NCBI RefSeq assembly: GCF_009914755.1
Contig: NC_060927.1
Reading direction: 5' to 3' (one strand)
DNA: 64,000 bases
Origin: the human T2T-CHM13v2.0 reference genome, Homo sapiens
Shown here piece after piece: positions 51,694-64,000 of the stretch (position 1 is the stretch's first letter; each line of letters starts with the position of its first letter). The notes beneath the pieces are model-generated. The model was not told the DNA's origin and ran no database searches. It saw only the letters and a program-made list of their open reading frames with translations. Both the position numbers and the translations under genes were made by a program.

Positions 51694-53889
51694 CTAAGTC
51701 AGCCACTTACTTCTTATGTGATATTGGGCAAGTCATCTTTTAAGTGGAGATGGTCTTTCATGGTCTTGGCTATCTAATGGGGTCACTGATGCAAGTCAAG
51801 TGAGATGAACAAATAGCACTTGCAAAAGTGTAAAGCAATGGATTATGTATGACATTTTTCTTTTGGTTTTGTTTTTAAGGCTCCCTCCCCTGCTACACAC
51901 ACACACACACACTCAACACCTTTGCAAATCTATTCTTTCTTACTTGTAATTTATGTTCTACTTTCCAAAAGACAAAAAAAGAAGTGGATTTTCATACAAG
52001 ATACAGATATAATGGAACTAATCAAACAAGGATGTATAAAAAGCAGCCAGATACTAAAGGCAAAAGGAATTAGGAGGAACTACCAACACTGAACATAAAA
52101 TTCCCTAAGCATCATAGCAGTCAAGGGAAAAAGGAAAAAACATTTTTGCAAGGTTCTCCCCGTCTAATTGAGACAACTCTCTGTCCTTACGCTATGTGCT
52201 AAGTTAGTTCATAACTGAGTGCTACTAAGGTAGCTTTATGTCTTACATAACACAGGTTTCATAAATCATTACCACTTTTTAAAGAAACCACTGTGTCAGG
52301 CCCAGTACCTTGCCTGAAGCCTGTAACTAATAATAATCGTGGTAGTGATTATTCTTAGAAGTTTAATAAATAATCCTCCTTTGTCATCATGTTTTTCTCG
52401 CTTTCCTAGACTGATACAAGTACTGTCAAAATTCTGCACTAGCCTAAGACATTGGTGGGTATAAGTCTAATCCCCCTAAAAGTAATCTGTCATTATGAAG
52501 ATACAACTTGTATAATATACCGTTTCTGGCAGTCTTAAAGAGAAGTCACTTCTCCTCTTCCCTCTCCCATCTCTTTTTAACCAAATGCTGCTTCTAGGAG
52601 AACTTGATTGACACAAGCTCTCAAACCCGCATCTTTCAGCTGTCAATTTAGAGATCTACAGTGGAAAGTGTGTGTTTTTAGCTTAGAAACTAAGTGGATT
52701 CCAGAGTGTCTTCTCATCTTGAGACTGTGCATCCTGTTTGAACATTTCCAAGTGTATAGGGTACAGCAATAAATCATATTTTGATCAGTGCCAAAAACAT
52801 GGTGCCAAAGAACATCTTGACATTACTATTAGCACATGTTGTATCCTGTAATTAAGCAGAATCAGCTTAGAGATGAGTTCTTCTGAAGACGGAGCCCTCC
52901 TTTCATGGGAGCGTAATCGGAACGAGCTATCACTCTCATTAAGTTACTTGGTAATACATCACTGGCGTGACCTGTCATTCTAATGATGCATTAGTGTAAT
53001 TCATCAACAGGGTAAATCCCACTAATAAGGTGTTACTCCGGAGGCAGGACTACCCAGTGCAGAAAGCATCGAGGGGCAGATGTATGATGACTGCAACCTA
53101 AGGCCCAGGAGGCCTATATAATTGAGCCCTATCTCCTTCTTACTATTTAAAGTTGAGCTATTTTTAAGCTATCAAAACCAGTGACCACCTGCCCCTAAAC
53201 TCTTCTAAGTTTTTCTTTCTTATTGCTGATGTTCTTACTCGTCCAAGGATGTTTGACTTTCATTTCTTCGGGTACGTAACTGAGTCACTTGGTTCTTTCC
53301 CAAAGATTTATATTTTAAGAGTCAGTTTCATAGTTGTCAAAGTGCTTGTGGATTTCTATATGATTCATAGCTGATATAATTCTCAAATAGATTAAAAAAA
53401 CTTACACAATGATGCCACTCCAATAAATAGAAGATAGAAAAAAAGATATTAAAAACAAGGCTAATAGAGTTGGTATAATTGAGTATTATATTCATCTCTG
53501 AGAAAGCAAAATGAAAAAGATGATAGATGGAAGGAATGAACACTATTCTGTTTAGAAACTTCACTTCTAATATTCTAATTTTTTATGTAGATCCTTGTAT
53601 AAGAGATGCTAAGAACTTGATGGACTTTGCCTGCAATGGTAATAATACTGGAAATACAGTAACATTCTTCATAGTGATTTTTTATTCTCACCTTCTGACA
53701 AAGCCAAGGATCTTAAAATATTGTCTGTTTAAGGCATTCTTGTGAAGAGCAAAGCTAACGAAATTCAAGTATATAAATTACTTTGCAAAAAGAGTTCGAA
53801 AACTTACCAGAATGAATAGGATTTTTTTCTACCGTTTAATATCACTTCTGTCTTCTGAACTTTTTTAAGAAGGTAGATAGAAATAATAT

Positions 53890-54235
53890 ATTATTTTTTA
53901 GCTTTATCGAGGTGTAATTTACAGGCAGTAAACTTTACCCTGTGTGAATAAATTTTGATAAATCTAGATAACTATATATAATCATGTAACTACCACAATT
54001 AAGATATTAAGCAGTTCCCTCATGTCCCTTCTCAGTGGATCCCACCAACTGGCCCCCAGCCCTAGGCAACCACTCAGTTCCTTTCTGTCACTCTAATGTT
54101 ACCTTTTGTAGAATGTCATACATATGGAATTATACTTGTAGTCTTTTGACTTCTTTCATATGGCATCTGTGTTGTTGTATGTATTCATATTATGTTCGCT
54201 TTTATTGCTGAACAGTATTTCATTAGGATTTATTT
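53890..54235 (-). mobile_element. L1M 3'UTR fragment
   Basis: AGCTTTATCGAGGTGTAATTTACA...CATGTAACTACCACAATTAAGATA...CCCTAGGCAACCACT...TTTTATTGCTGAACAGTATTTCATT. Confidence 0.8.
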
Positions 54236-55495
54236 TTATGAGGAAAAGGCTTAATGAATATTAAGTGTAGAGGCTAGAAGAAATATCCATATGAATTTGA
54301 TAACAAGCATAAAGGTGGCAATTTGTATTCTTGCTTGAATAGAGAACAAATGCCTTCTATTCCAATATATTTTTTTAATACTTTACAATGACAAGCTTGA
54401 AAGCTGAGTGATGGCTGGAACCATGCTCTCTAGCTTCCCATTATGTCTGCAATATCTAGCCCAGTACCTGCACTTACTAGGTGCTTAATAAATCATTGTT
54501 AAATTAGTGAATGAAGACATTAATAGATGTTCATCATCCATGTACAGTAGTCATATGAAGAGAGCAGTCCCTCAAAATAAGAGTAAAATATAAAGAGAAA
54601 AGTTCCATTAGTTACCAGTTATTGAGCACTTATAGAAGTGCTTGTAAAGTGACTCAGTTCTCTGCACATATTTCAGTTTCCTTTCAGATCTATTTTTAGC
54701 ACTATCACCCGAGTATTTTAAATGCTTTTCCTATCCAGTGTATTTTATTCTAAATTCCCAGCTTTGGGATAACCAACTTAGTACATTTACTATGCACTGT
54801 CTTTTTATTTACTCTGAGTATTTCTAAATATTTAAAAATTTTTTGAGTTATACATGCTCTTCAGTTCCAAGGGTTTTTCTAAACACATAAAGCATAATCA
54901 AGAAATGGTACACTTGGAAACATAACACCATAGAATGTTAACACTTGAAGATGATTTAGTCTAATGTCCTCATTTTGACAGAAGAGGAAACTGAACTCTT
55001 GAAAATGGCCTCAATTCATACAACATTTGGTAGAAAATTTTGTGCAGTTGAAGATAATTTTTAATAGCCTATTAATGCCCAACAAACAAGCAGTTAATTT
55101 ACTGAATTGAACTGAAAACAAAAGATAGATCTCTTAGTTTGCTTGCTTGTTCATATCTAAACCTAAGAGGACTGCTAGTATGCAGTTTTAACATGTTGAG
55201 TGATACTTTAGAGCATATCAAGGAAAAAATAACTTATAAGGTGCCAGCTACAGAGCTTAAAATAGAATTGATGCCAAAGCAAGAGAAACATACAAATAAA
55301 GAACAAATTCTGTACTGGAAGCAGACCAAGCCTCAAGTCTCCTGGAAATCACAATGAATGGCAAAATCTATTAATTATATGCCTTAAATGAAACCTTTGG
55401 CCTTTAAGATGTTTTCTCTCTGCAAAGTCACTAAATATTCCAGAAATTAGGTGTTCAGGTAAGCTCACCTGAAATCTTAATAGATTAATTTTGCC

Positions 55496-55784
55496 TATTA
55501 TTATTTGAGACAGGGTCTCACTCTTTTGCTCAGGCTGGAGTGCAGTGGCATGATAATGGCTCACTGTAACCTCAACCTCCTGGGCTCAAGCAATCTTCTC
55601 ACCTCAGCCTCCCAAGTAGATGAGACTACAGGTGTGCCACCACACCTGGCTAGTTTTTGTATTTTTAGTAGAGACGGGTTTTGCCATGTTGCCCAGGCTG
55701 GTCTCGGACTCCTAGGCTCGAGCAATCCACCCGCCTCAGCCTCCCAAAATGCCTGGATTACAAGTGTCAGCCACAGTGCCAGCC
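55496..55784 (-). mobile_element. AluJb-like SINE
   Basis: GAGACAGGGTCTCACTC...CCTCCTGGGCTCAAGCAATC...TTTGCCATGTTGCCCAGGCTGGTCTCG; (TTA)n-degenerate tail. Confidence 0.93.
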
Positions 55785-58419
55785 ACCTCTTATTATATAC
55801 TGTACCTAAGCAGCTTAACGTTCACAGGATTTGTATTCAGAAGATAAGACAGCTTTAGATGTAGTCCTCTATAGTACTCTAGATTTTATAAATTTTATAA
55901 ATCTAGATTTATAAAACCATTAAAATAAAACTGAATTGTGTTTTACAGATTAAGGTGATACCTAAACTAGTGCTTTCGGGGTGCCCTTACCACTAGATTA
56001 AACTCTGACTCGCTTCATCTCTCCATTAATTCAAAAATTATTTATAAGATGCTTACTACATGTTTAGGTGCTCTATAACACAGGAATAAAATACTCTGAT
56101 AGTACAAAGGGACAAACAAAGGATTTCAATGTGGAAAGTTAATTAAAGAAGACTTCAAGAAGAGGTGACTTGTGAGCTAGGCCTTCTGAGAGAGGAGAGG
56201 CATTTTAGTAAGTTAATATGATAAAGGTGATTCCTGGGGCTGCAAATAATCTCTATGAAAAGGGTAATATCTGAGTATCTTCTCTCTGGATTCCATTTTG
56301 GAGGAATATAAATGCTTTCAAGGTGTGATACACATCAGTAGGTCAGAATGACTTTGGCCATATTTCAACACCAAATAAATGGAACTCAGCATCATTGTAA
56401 GACCTTACGCTTTCTAGAATCTTTAAATTCCCAATAATTAATATACCATAATAAAAATGTTAAAGTCTCTCAAAATAGGATATTGATAGAACAGAATGTC
56501 ATGACTTGACATGGAATTTCATGAAAAAAATGTTAAAAGTGAGAGAGAATTTTACATGCAATATGACAACTGGGTGATATAAACACACAGGTACACTCAC
56601 ATATACGCACACGTATTTGTGATGGAGATAACCAACACCAATATTGACAGTAGTCTTTTTCAATCAATAGGTTATTTTAATTTGCTTAAGTAGCATGATG
56701 ATATCTTTGATTGGACCTTAAAAAAGGGAAGTTAGAGTTGAGCAACCTGATAATTCACCCAACAACCTTGCACCCATTACAGATTTTTGCGTTGCAAAGT
56801 TTGTTTGGTCATCTTCCAAATAAGGATGCATTTATTATCCCTAAAATCAGAAAATAGATATATAATAACAGTGATTGTTAAATCTCTTGCAGTTTGAATA
56901 TTCATAGATAATTATAATTGATAAAGGCAACCGTAGCCTTTTTAAGCAAACTGCCCATATAAAAATTCAATGTTACAGGATGCATAAGGAAAGACGTGTC
57001 CACTTTTCTAAAAGATTTGCCATCAGTTTTTTTAAAATGTTGCCTTTCCCTTATTTACTTGAATAATCAGTTGAGTTAGAAATATTTTCAATTAGACTTC
57101 ATGTTTACTCTATGAAATGAGGCACCTCAATATTACAGTATTGAAGTTTATTTTAGTAGGTATTACAAGAGCCTTTATTAAACAATGGAGCTAGATTACA
57201 ATTACTTTAAAATAGCAGTGAACTTGCTCTGACTTCAAGATAATTTAGTTTTACCCCTAAATAGCTTCATTGCAATATTTCTCTCAGGAAAAAAAGCACT
57301 ATGGCCAATCTCTTTTGAAAAGGGACTTAAAATCAGGTTTATTATGATTTTTCAAGTATGTATTTTGTTGAGCTTTCTACACACGTTTTCTTGTTTTCTC
57401 AGAATAAAACCTACAAACCTGCCAATCCTAATGTCTTAATATAATCTATACCACATATATGACAAGTGAACAAGTACAACATCTGCTGAGGGACATGAAT
57501 TTGATTTTACACTCAACTTGTCTTCAAGCAGGTTGGCTGCTGTCTGAATTGCTGGTGGGTACTCAATCAAAAATAGTATCTCCCTTCACTTTTCTGGGAG
57601 ATTCTCCCCAACTCCATGTCCTTTCCTATCAGGCTGCTCTGTGAATCAAACACAAGGAGACACATTAGAAATAGATCAAGATATGACAGGCTCAAGAAGG
57701 GCTGAATGTAGGGAGCTTGGAACTACCCACAGTTACCCATAATTGAACCTCAGGAAGACTTAACTCTGTGGTTTCTCTCACAATTGAAAACATGTCACAC
57801 TGTAAGAGACCAATTATATGATAGCCCACAATGTTTAAGCATAAGATGATAATTGTTTATTTAATTAGATCATTTGCTTTCCTTAGTGATCCCATTTACT
57901 CTACTTACTGTTTCGAGTTGTAGTCCACTATTCCAGAACTGGTGGGTCAGACACTGTAAAGATGTTGCTTAGGAGACATGCAGGGCTGGGACAGCATGTT
58001 TGCCATTTAAGAGATGTTCTTTGATGGGCTCGTGGGCTCACTGAGGAGGTAAATATGTTTGCTGAAACGATATTGAAAAATGAAAAGCTTCAAATAAATT
58101 AATAAAAGTCTGAATATTTGAGTTAGGAAATGTTTTCAAAAGAATATGTTATATAATAAAATAAATCAGTTTGACATATTAACTAAGTGTAGTAGATGTG
58201 TTTATCCATTCAAAAGGGGAATTTATTTGATGTTCATTATGAAAGCACTACAGAAATTTCATACTGTTCATAAGTGTTAACAGGTCTCTTTTTTTGCTAA
58301 TTGTATCTTCCCCCACTCTGCCAAAATTCACAATTGAGACTATATTACATATATATTTCCACAACTATTTTTTTTATTTCTCGTAATACAGATATTCTCT
58401 ATATTGGTACATAAAATTC

Positions 58420-60170
58420 CTCTAGAAAGTAATTGTTGACAGCTTGCTGTGGAAGATGAAGAAAGTAGCTACAAGTTACCCACTTAATACTTCTCCCCAT
58501 TCCCATCACAACTATATTATGTTTGCTGTATTATTACATTGGCATTATGAATGTTTATGGCATTTATACTCTTTTATTATCATAATTCCAATAGTGGTTT
58601 ATCATTAAGTCTCTGCTATATTTACATGGGAACCAGTCTCAGTGACCATCCCTTCATTTCATAGATTCTCTTCCCTGAGTTGTACATCCCTTTATTCATT
58701 TCTTGATGGGCTGAGTTCCATTATCCCAGCCAGGTTTTACTAAGTATTCACTTGCTTTAGAATGACTTTTTTGTCTTTAAAAGTGACTGAACCCGTGTCT
58801 GGGTATATTAGTTTTGTTTTTCTTTTAAAAACCAATAGACATTGCCTCTATGTCTTTTGGGAGTCAATGTCGCTATGTGGAAGTTTGAGGCCAGCCTGAG
58901 TTTTATATCTTGCAGGTGATTTGACAATTTTTTGTCTCAATACTCTCACATTTCTATCCCTGAAGTTCAAAAACTTCACCAGAATATATGATTCTACTGA
59001 TTATAACTATTTTTTATGAATAATAGCTGAGCCATTTGGATGTGCAGATACAGAACTTCCTTTTTCATTGGAAAGTTTTCATCTATGGTGACTTTGAGGG
59101 TTTTTTTTTTTTTTTTTTGGTTGTTCATTTGTACAGTTCTCTCTTTTAAGGATACTCTACTCTTTGTTTGCCATATCTTGTATTACTTTCATTGATTTTT
59201 AGTTTCCCTTTGCATTTATGTTATTTTCTCATGTCTGTCCTTGTCATTGCCTCTCTTTTTAGCAGTATCCATTCTACTCCCGTTTCTAATGTGTTTTCCT
59301 TTTCTTCAGTAATTTTATGGCTTTATCTTCTCGGCATGATCAGAGTGCCTTTTATCTCTTTAATTATCTCTTCTCTTCTATTATCTCCTGTATTGATTCT
59401 TTGATATTCTTCACACCTACTAAAGATTCCATATTTTCTTCCATTTTTTTAATTAGAGAGGAGTATTTGTCTGTAGTCCTTTTTATTTCCCATTCCCTGA
59501 AATTTACTGATTGCCTTAACTTTTTTTGGTGGGAGACCAGGAAATGCCATGGTAACCATGTGCAGGTGGCATATTTGATCCTTGCTAAGTTCTCTATGTG
59601 TGACTTTTTGTGTGCTAACCCTAGTTTAAGCATTAATAAAAGCACACATGCAGGAAGTAAGTTGAGAGTAGCATGGATAGTCTCTCACCAGTGTACCTTC
59701 TGCTCTAGATGAATGTTTCTCTCCTAGAAGAGCAAATCTTTGAAGTAGTCCTTGGAGTGACTCCTAGTGAAGATTCTTCACCAAGTTGCAATTTGTTTCT
59801 CTTTTTTCCTTGTTTCTTTGTTTCGCCTCCTCTACAATATGCTCTCCTTGTTGCAGGAGCCAGAACTCTACAAGGATGTTTTTGTCTCTGCTGTCCTATC
59901 CACTAACTCAGTCTTCACTCTTCTAAGGGATCGACTATTGTCTGAGTCTTTCAAGACCTGCTAACTTACCTTCAGAAAGATCTATATCCTGCCAGATAAA
60001 TCTGCGATGATTTATTGCCAGTTGTTTTTACACCCCAACTTGGAGCAAATGTTGCTGTTTCAGGCAAACCATCTTTTTAGTCCATTATTTGTAGTTGTCA
60101 TTGTTTCTTAGTTTGATTATAGGTTATATTTTCTATTCTATTTTTTATTCCTTTTATTCACTTCTACGCA
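58420..60170 (-). mobile_element. HAL1/old L1 ORF1-like fragment
   Basis: GAAGTTTGAGGCCAGCCTGA...TTGCAGGTGATTTG...TATCCCTGAAGTTCAAAAACTTCACCAG...GGAAAGTTTTCATCTAT resemble the reverse HAL1 ORF. Boundaries approximate. Confidence 0.6.
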
Positions 60171-61656
60171 TTTTAAGAAAGATAATATACATAACTTTAT
60201 TATCTTTTACCATATGAATTTCTTTCTGAAGGTATTCAAAAAAACAAATATTTCTAAATTGAATTTGATAAGTACAAAAAAGTTTTAAAATTCTTTCTCA
60301 AATTGACGGTAGGCAGTACAGCTCTCTGTAAACTACCACCATTTGCAATTATTGTTTACTAATTGCTATCTATTACTGATATTTATCTACTTTAATACAT
60401 AAGTAAGCATTCTACCCCAACTGGGTATATTGTATACTAGTTAAAAAATGTGTGGACCTTTTGCTATTTCTCTATCAAAGATAAAATGATGGAGTGTACA
60501 TCAGTGAAATTAAGTTCTATGCTTTGAATGGGCACCCTTTTTTTTTTCTTTAATGCAACAGACATCTCCCCACCCCCACCCCCAGCAGTCATTGTTAGAA
60601 AGCATTAAATTGAGCATTCAAGATTAATTCCTTGGCAGGTCAAGAGGAGAACAGCGTGTAGCCAATCCTACCTTCGTGTTCCTTCTTAATGGCTTCAGCA
60701 CAGTGTGAAAAAGTAAACAGTTGTGACAAGAGAGGTAATGGATGAGCTGGGTGTGACAGGTCACCCAACTGAAGCTCATCCTCTCTTTAGGTACACGCTG
60801 TAATGAAGTGCACTCTAGCTTTTGAGATTATCAAAGACTTGTATGATAAAACATATTTCTAGAGTGGGGAAGGATCTTGAGTAAATATATTATGAATGAT
60901 GATGCCTAGTGACAGCAAAGAAATAAAAATAAATAATGAATGAAGTATGCTTATACTGAAGTTTTAGCCTAGGAAGTTCTGGTATTAATGAGATTCCCTC
61001 TTCTGTCTTCTCTGTTTCTTCCACCATTCTATTTTATATAGAAACACATTCTAAAAATAACTATTTGGAGAGGAATGATTTTATAATGATTAAGAACAGC
61101 AAGATTATTGCATCTTCCCCCTAAAACCGAACATACTTATTCTCTGAACATGTCACACGCCTTTTTACACACTGGGAACCTATGGATTCCTAAGAAATGA
61201 AGTGAACTTAGTGGTCAAGCTGTTCTTTCCCCCATTTCATGAAATTATAAATAAAAATGGGACACTTCCCTTTTCTCCCACTCATCCCCAAATCTCAGGG
61301 AGCTAGAATGACATGAAGAAACAAGCATAATGTCCTATTCACCAACATAAATTGTTACTCAACCTTGGAATAGAGTATTTCAAAGAAAAGTTAAATTACC
61401 CCAGGTAGGTTATATTTTCCCACTGATCAGTTTCTAACAATAATTATCATTATAATTAATATTTATCTAGTATTCACGATGTGTCAGGCATTCTTATGGG
61501 CATTATATACACATCACCTGGTTTAATCTTCCCAGATAGGAAATATTCTTTGATTTATAGAAAGCTGGGGTTTACCTAAGGTCTTACATCCAGAATGGAA
61601 ACTACATGCTTCCAAACTCCAGGGCCCACAGGTTTTGTCTTTAGACTTCACTGTTA

Positions 61657-61800
61657 TAGTGCTGTTCAATAGGGTAGCCACTAGCCACTTGTAGCTATTG
61701 AGCACGTGCTCAATAATAAAATGTAGCTAATATGATTGAGAAACTATTTTGTTCCATTTTAAACTTAGCCACACAGGACTACCATATTAGACAACACAAA
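61657..61800. mobile_element. MER3-like hAT DNA transposon
   Basis: GTGCTGTTCAATAGGGTAGCCACTAGCCACTTGTAGCTATTGAGCAC ... CTACCATATTAGACAACAC. Confidence 0.8.
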
Positions 61801-62449
61801 TCTAGTTGGTCTTCTATAAGATTCATTTTTTGTTTTTTGTTATGCAGCACCAGATAACTAATACACTGAACAAAAACTATGATATCTCTAAAATATTAGG
61901 AAAATAAGAAAATCTTAACAAAATACAGAATGTGCTTTGTAAGTTTGTTTTATTGGCTTGGAGCTCCTGAGGATAATCCCTCCTGAAACAAGCAAATACT
62001 TCTATACCAAGAAGCCAAGAGCAAATTTACACATTGCTATTAACATTTTAAGTGTTACGCAAAACAATGATGTTTGAAGGTAAAAACTCAACACTTCTGG
62101 AAAGTTTAATTAAAGGGATTGTTCATCAAGACAGGGTCCAGCAAAGCAATGCTTGCTTTTCTCAGGAAATAGAAGCGTTTACACCTTCTTTAAAGTTAGC
62201 TTCTTTGAAGTTAGCTTGTATCACACTGACCTTTCCTGTTTAGAAGCACCAAGACAAGGTACCTGTGATTACTGGGTGTCTTCTAGCTGTCCAAAGTCAA
62301 ACCAAGAAATCCTTATAGACCTTTAGCTTTATGTTCTCACAGCCAAGCAATACTCTTTGTTAGGAAGCAATCAGCTCCCAGAGATCTTTTAGGTTACTCC
62401 TCTAAGAAGTTAAGCTACATCAATGACTATCAACTTGTGAGAGTTCCAG

Positions 62450-63555
62450 TTGATCTATATCTTACCAACATTTGGTAATGACTTTTATTTTTTAAATTAG
62501 CCATTCTAGTGTGTAATGGTATCTCATTTTGGTTTAAATTTGCATTTCCTGAGTTACCGATAAAATTGAGCATGGTTTCATGTGTTTACTTGCCTTCTTT
62601 GAACAATCCATTCAAATATTTTGTGCATTTTTAAATTGGGTTGCCTCCTTTCTTGTTGAATTTTAAGAGTTTTTAATATAATCTGCTTATATGGGTTTTT
62701 CAGAGATAAAACTTGCAACTATTTCTTTTCACTTCATAGCAGATCTTTTCATTCTCTTAGTGTTTTTTACAGAGCAAAAGCTCCTAATTTTGATGAAACT
62801 CAATATATTTTTTTTTCTTTCGGTATCGTGTCTAAGATCTCATTGCCCAACAAAGGTCACAAAGTTTATATTTCATTTAAAAGTGATAAAGTTTTATGCT
62901 TAATATTTAGATCTATGAGGTATTGTTTGAGATTCTTTATTTGCATATAGATATCAAATTTTCTGAGGGGTATTTGTTGAAAAAACTAAATTTTTTACAA
63001 AACAGCCTTTGCACTTTTGTAAAAGGTTAATTGACCATTGTTTCTGGAATCTCTCTTCTGTTTTATTGATCTATGTGTTTATCCTTTTACCAATTTTATA
63101 CTGTGTTTATTGTTATAGCTTATGAGTCTTGAAATCAGATAGGATGTTTGCTCCAATTTTGTTCTTCAAAATTGTTTAACAACTTCAGTTCCTTTGACTT
63201 TCCACGTAAGTGTTAGACTCAGCTTGTTGGCATTTACAACCTAATTCTGAAAGTCATTGCATTGAATCTATAGATTCATTTAAAAAGAATTGGCATCTTG
63301 GCAATATTAATACTTCTAATCCATGAATCTAGTATATCTCTATGTATTATATATTAATAAAAGAAAACCCAAATAAGCCTAATAAAAGAAAACTTAAGAT
63401 TTATTTAGGGTTTTTTTATTTCTTTGGCCAACGTTTTGTCATTTTCAGCATACACATCCAGTCCATATATTTTTTATATTTATGTCTAAGTATCAATGCT
63501 ATTATAAATGGTACTTTTTAAAATCTTGACTTCCAAGTGTGCATTGCTGATATAT
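62450..63555 (-). mobile_element. Old L1M ORF2 fragment
   Basis: AGCCATTCTAGTG...GGTATCTCATT...TTTGCATTTCC...CTTCTAATCCATGAA, degenerate reverse ORF2. Confidence 0.8.

Positions 63556-64000
<445 letters not shown>

Noticed and set aside
56340-56354. AGGTCA-GAA-TGACTT, an ERE-like inverted repeat
   Set aside because: One mismatch and no supporting context; such matches are expected by chance at this window size.
59364-59645. 93-aa Lys/Glu-rich coiled-coil-like ORF on the - strand
   Set aside because: Lies within the HAL1/old L1 ORF1 remnant; the composition reflects the A-rich LINE strand.

Overview
This is 64 kb of AT-rich primate (human-like) genomic DNA inside the RARB locus (retinoic acid receptor beta), transcribed on the + strand. 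The only host exon I can support is the RARbeta1-specific exon (about 4932-5388). It carries two short upstream ORFs and the 59-codon A region (MTTSGHACPVPAVNGH...STPSPA), and ends at a phase-1 GTAAGT donor. The rest appears intronic or non-coding and is dense with transposon fossils: Alu, MIR, L2, L1M/HAL1, MER DNA transposons, MADE1, and MaLR/ERV1 solo LTRs. A nested LINE-1 block at 26.9-36.6 kb includes one full-length but broken L1PA4/5-type element on the - strand. Almost all ORFs in the supplied track are repeat-derived or chance. There are no rRNA, tRNA, CRISPR or prokaryote-type systems. The best leads are two transposon-borne candidate alternative first exons co-oriented with RARB. 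(1) The L1 antisense promoter has an open, C-terminally extended ORF0 that runs through a splice donor in the same phase as the RARbeta1 exon, so an in-frame ORF0-RARbeta fusion is possible. (2) A THE1 LTR has a DUX4 motif, a TATA-like box and a splice donor. Both are hypotheses from sequence alone. Repeat subfamily names come from recalled consensus sequences, and the boundaries of old repeats are approximate.
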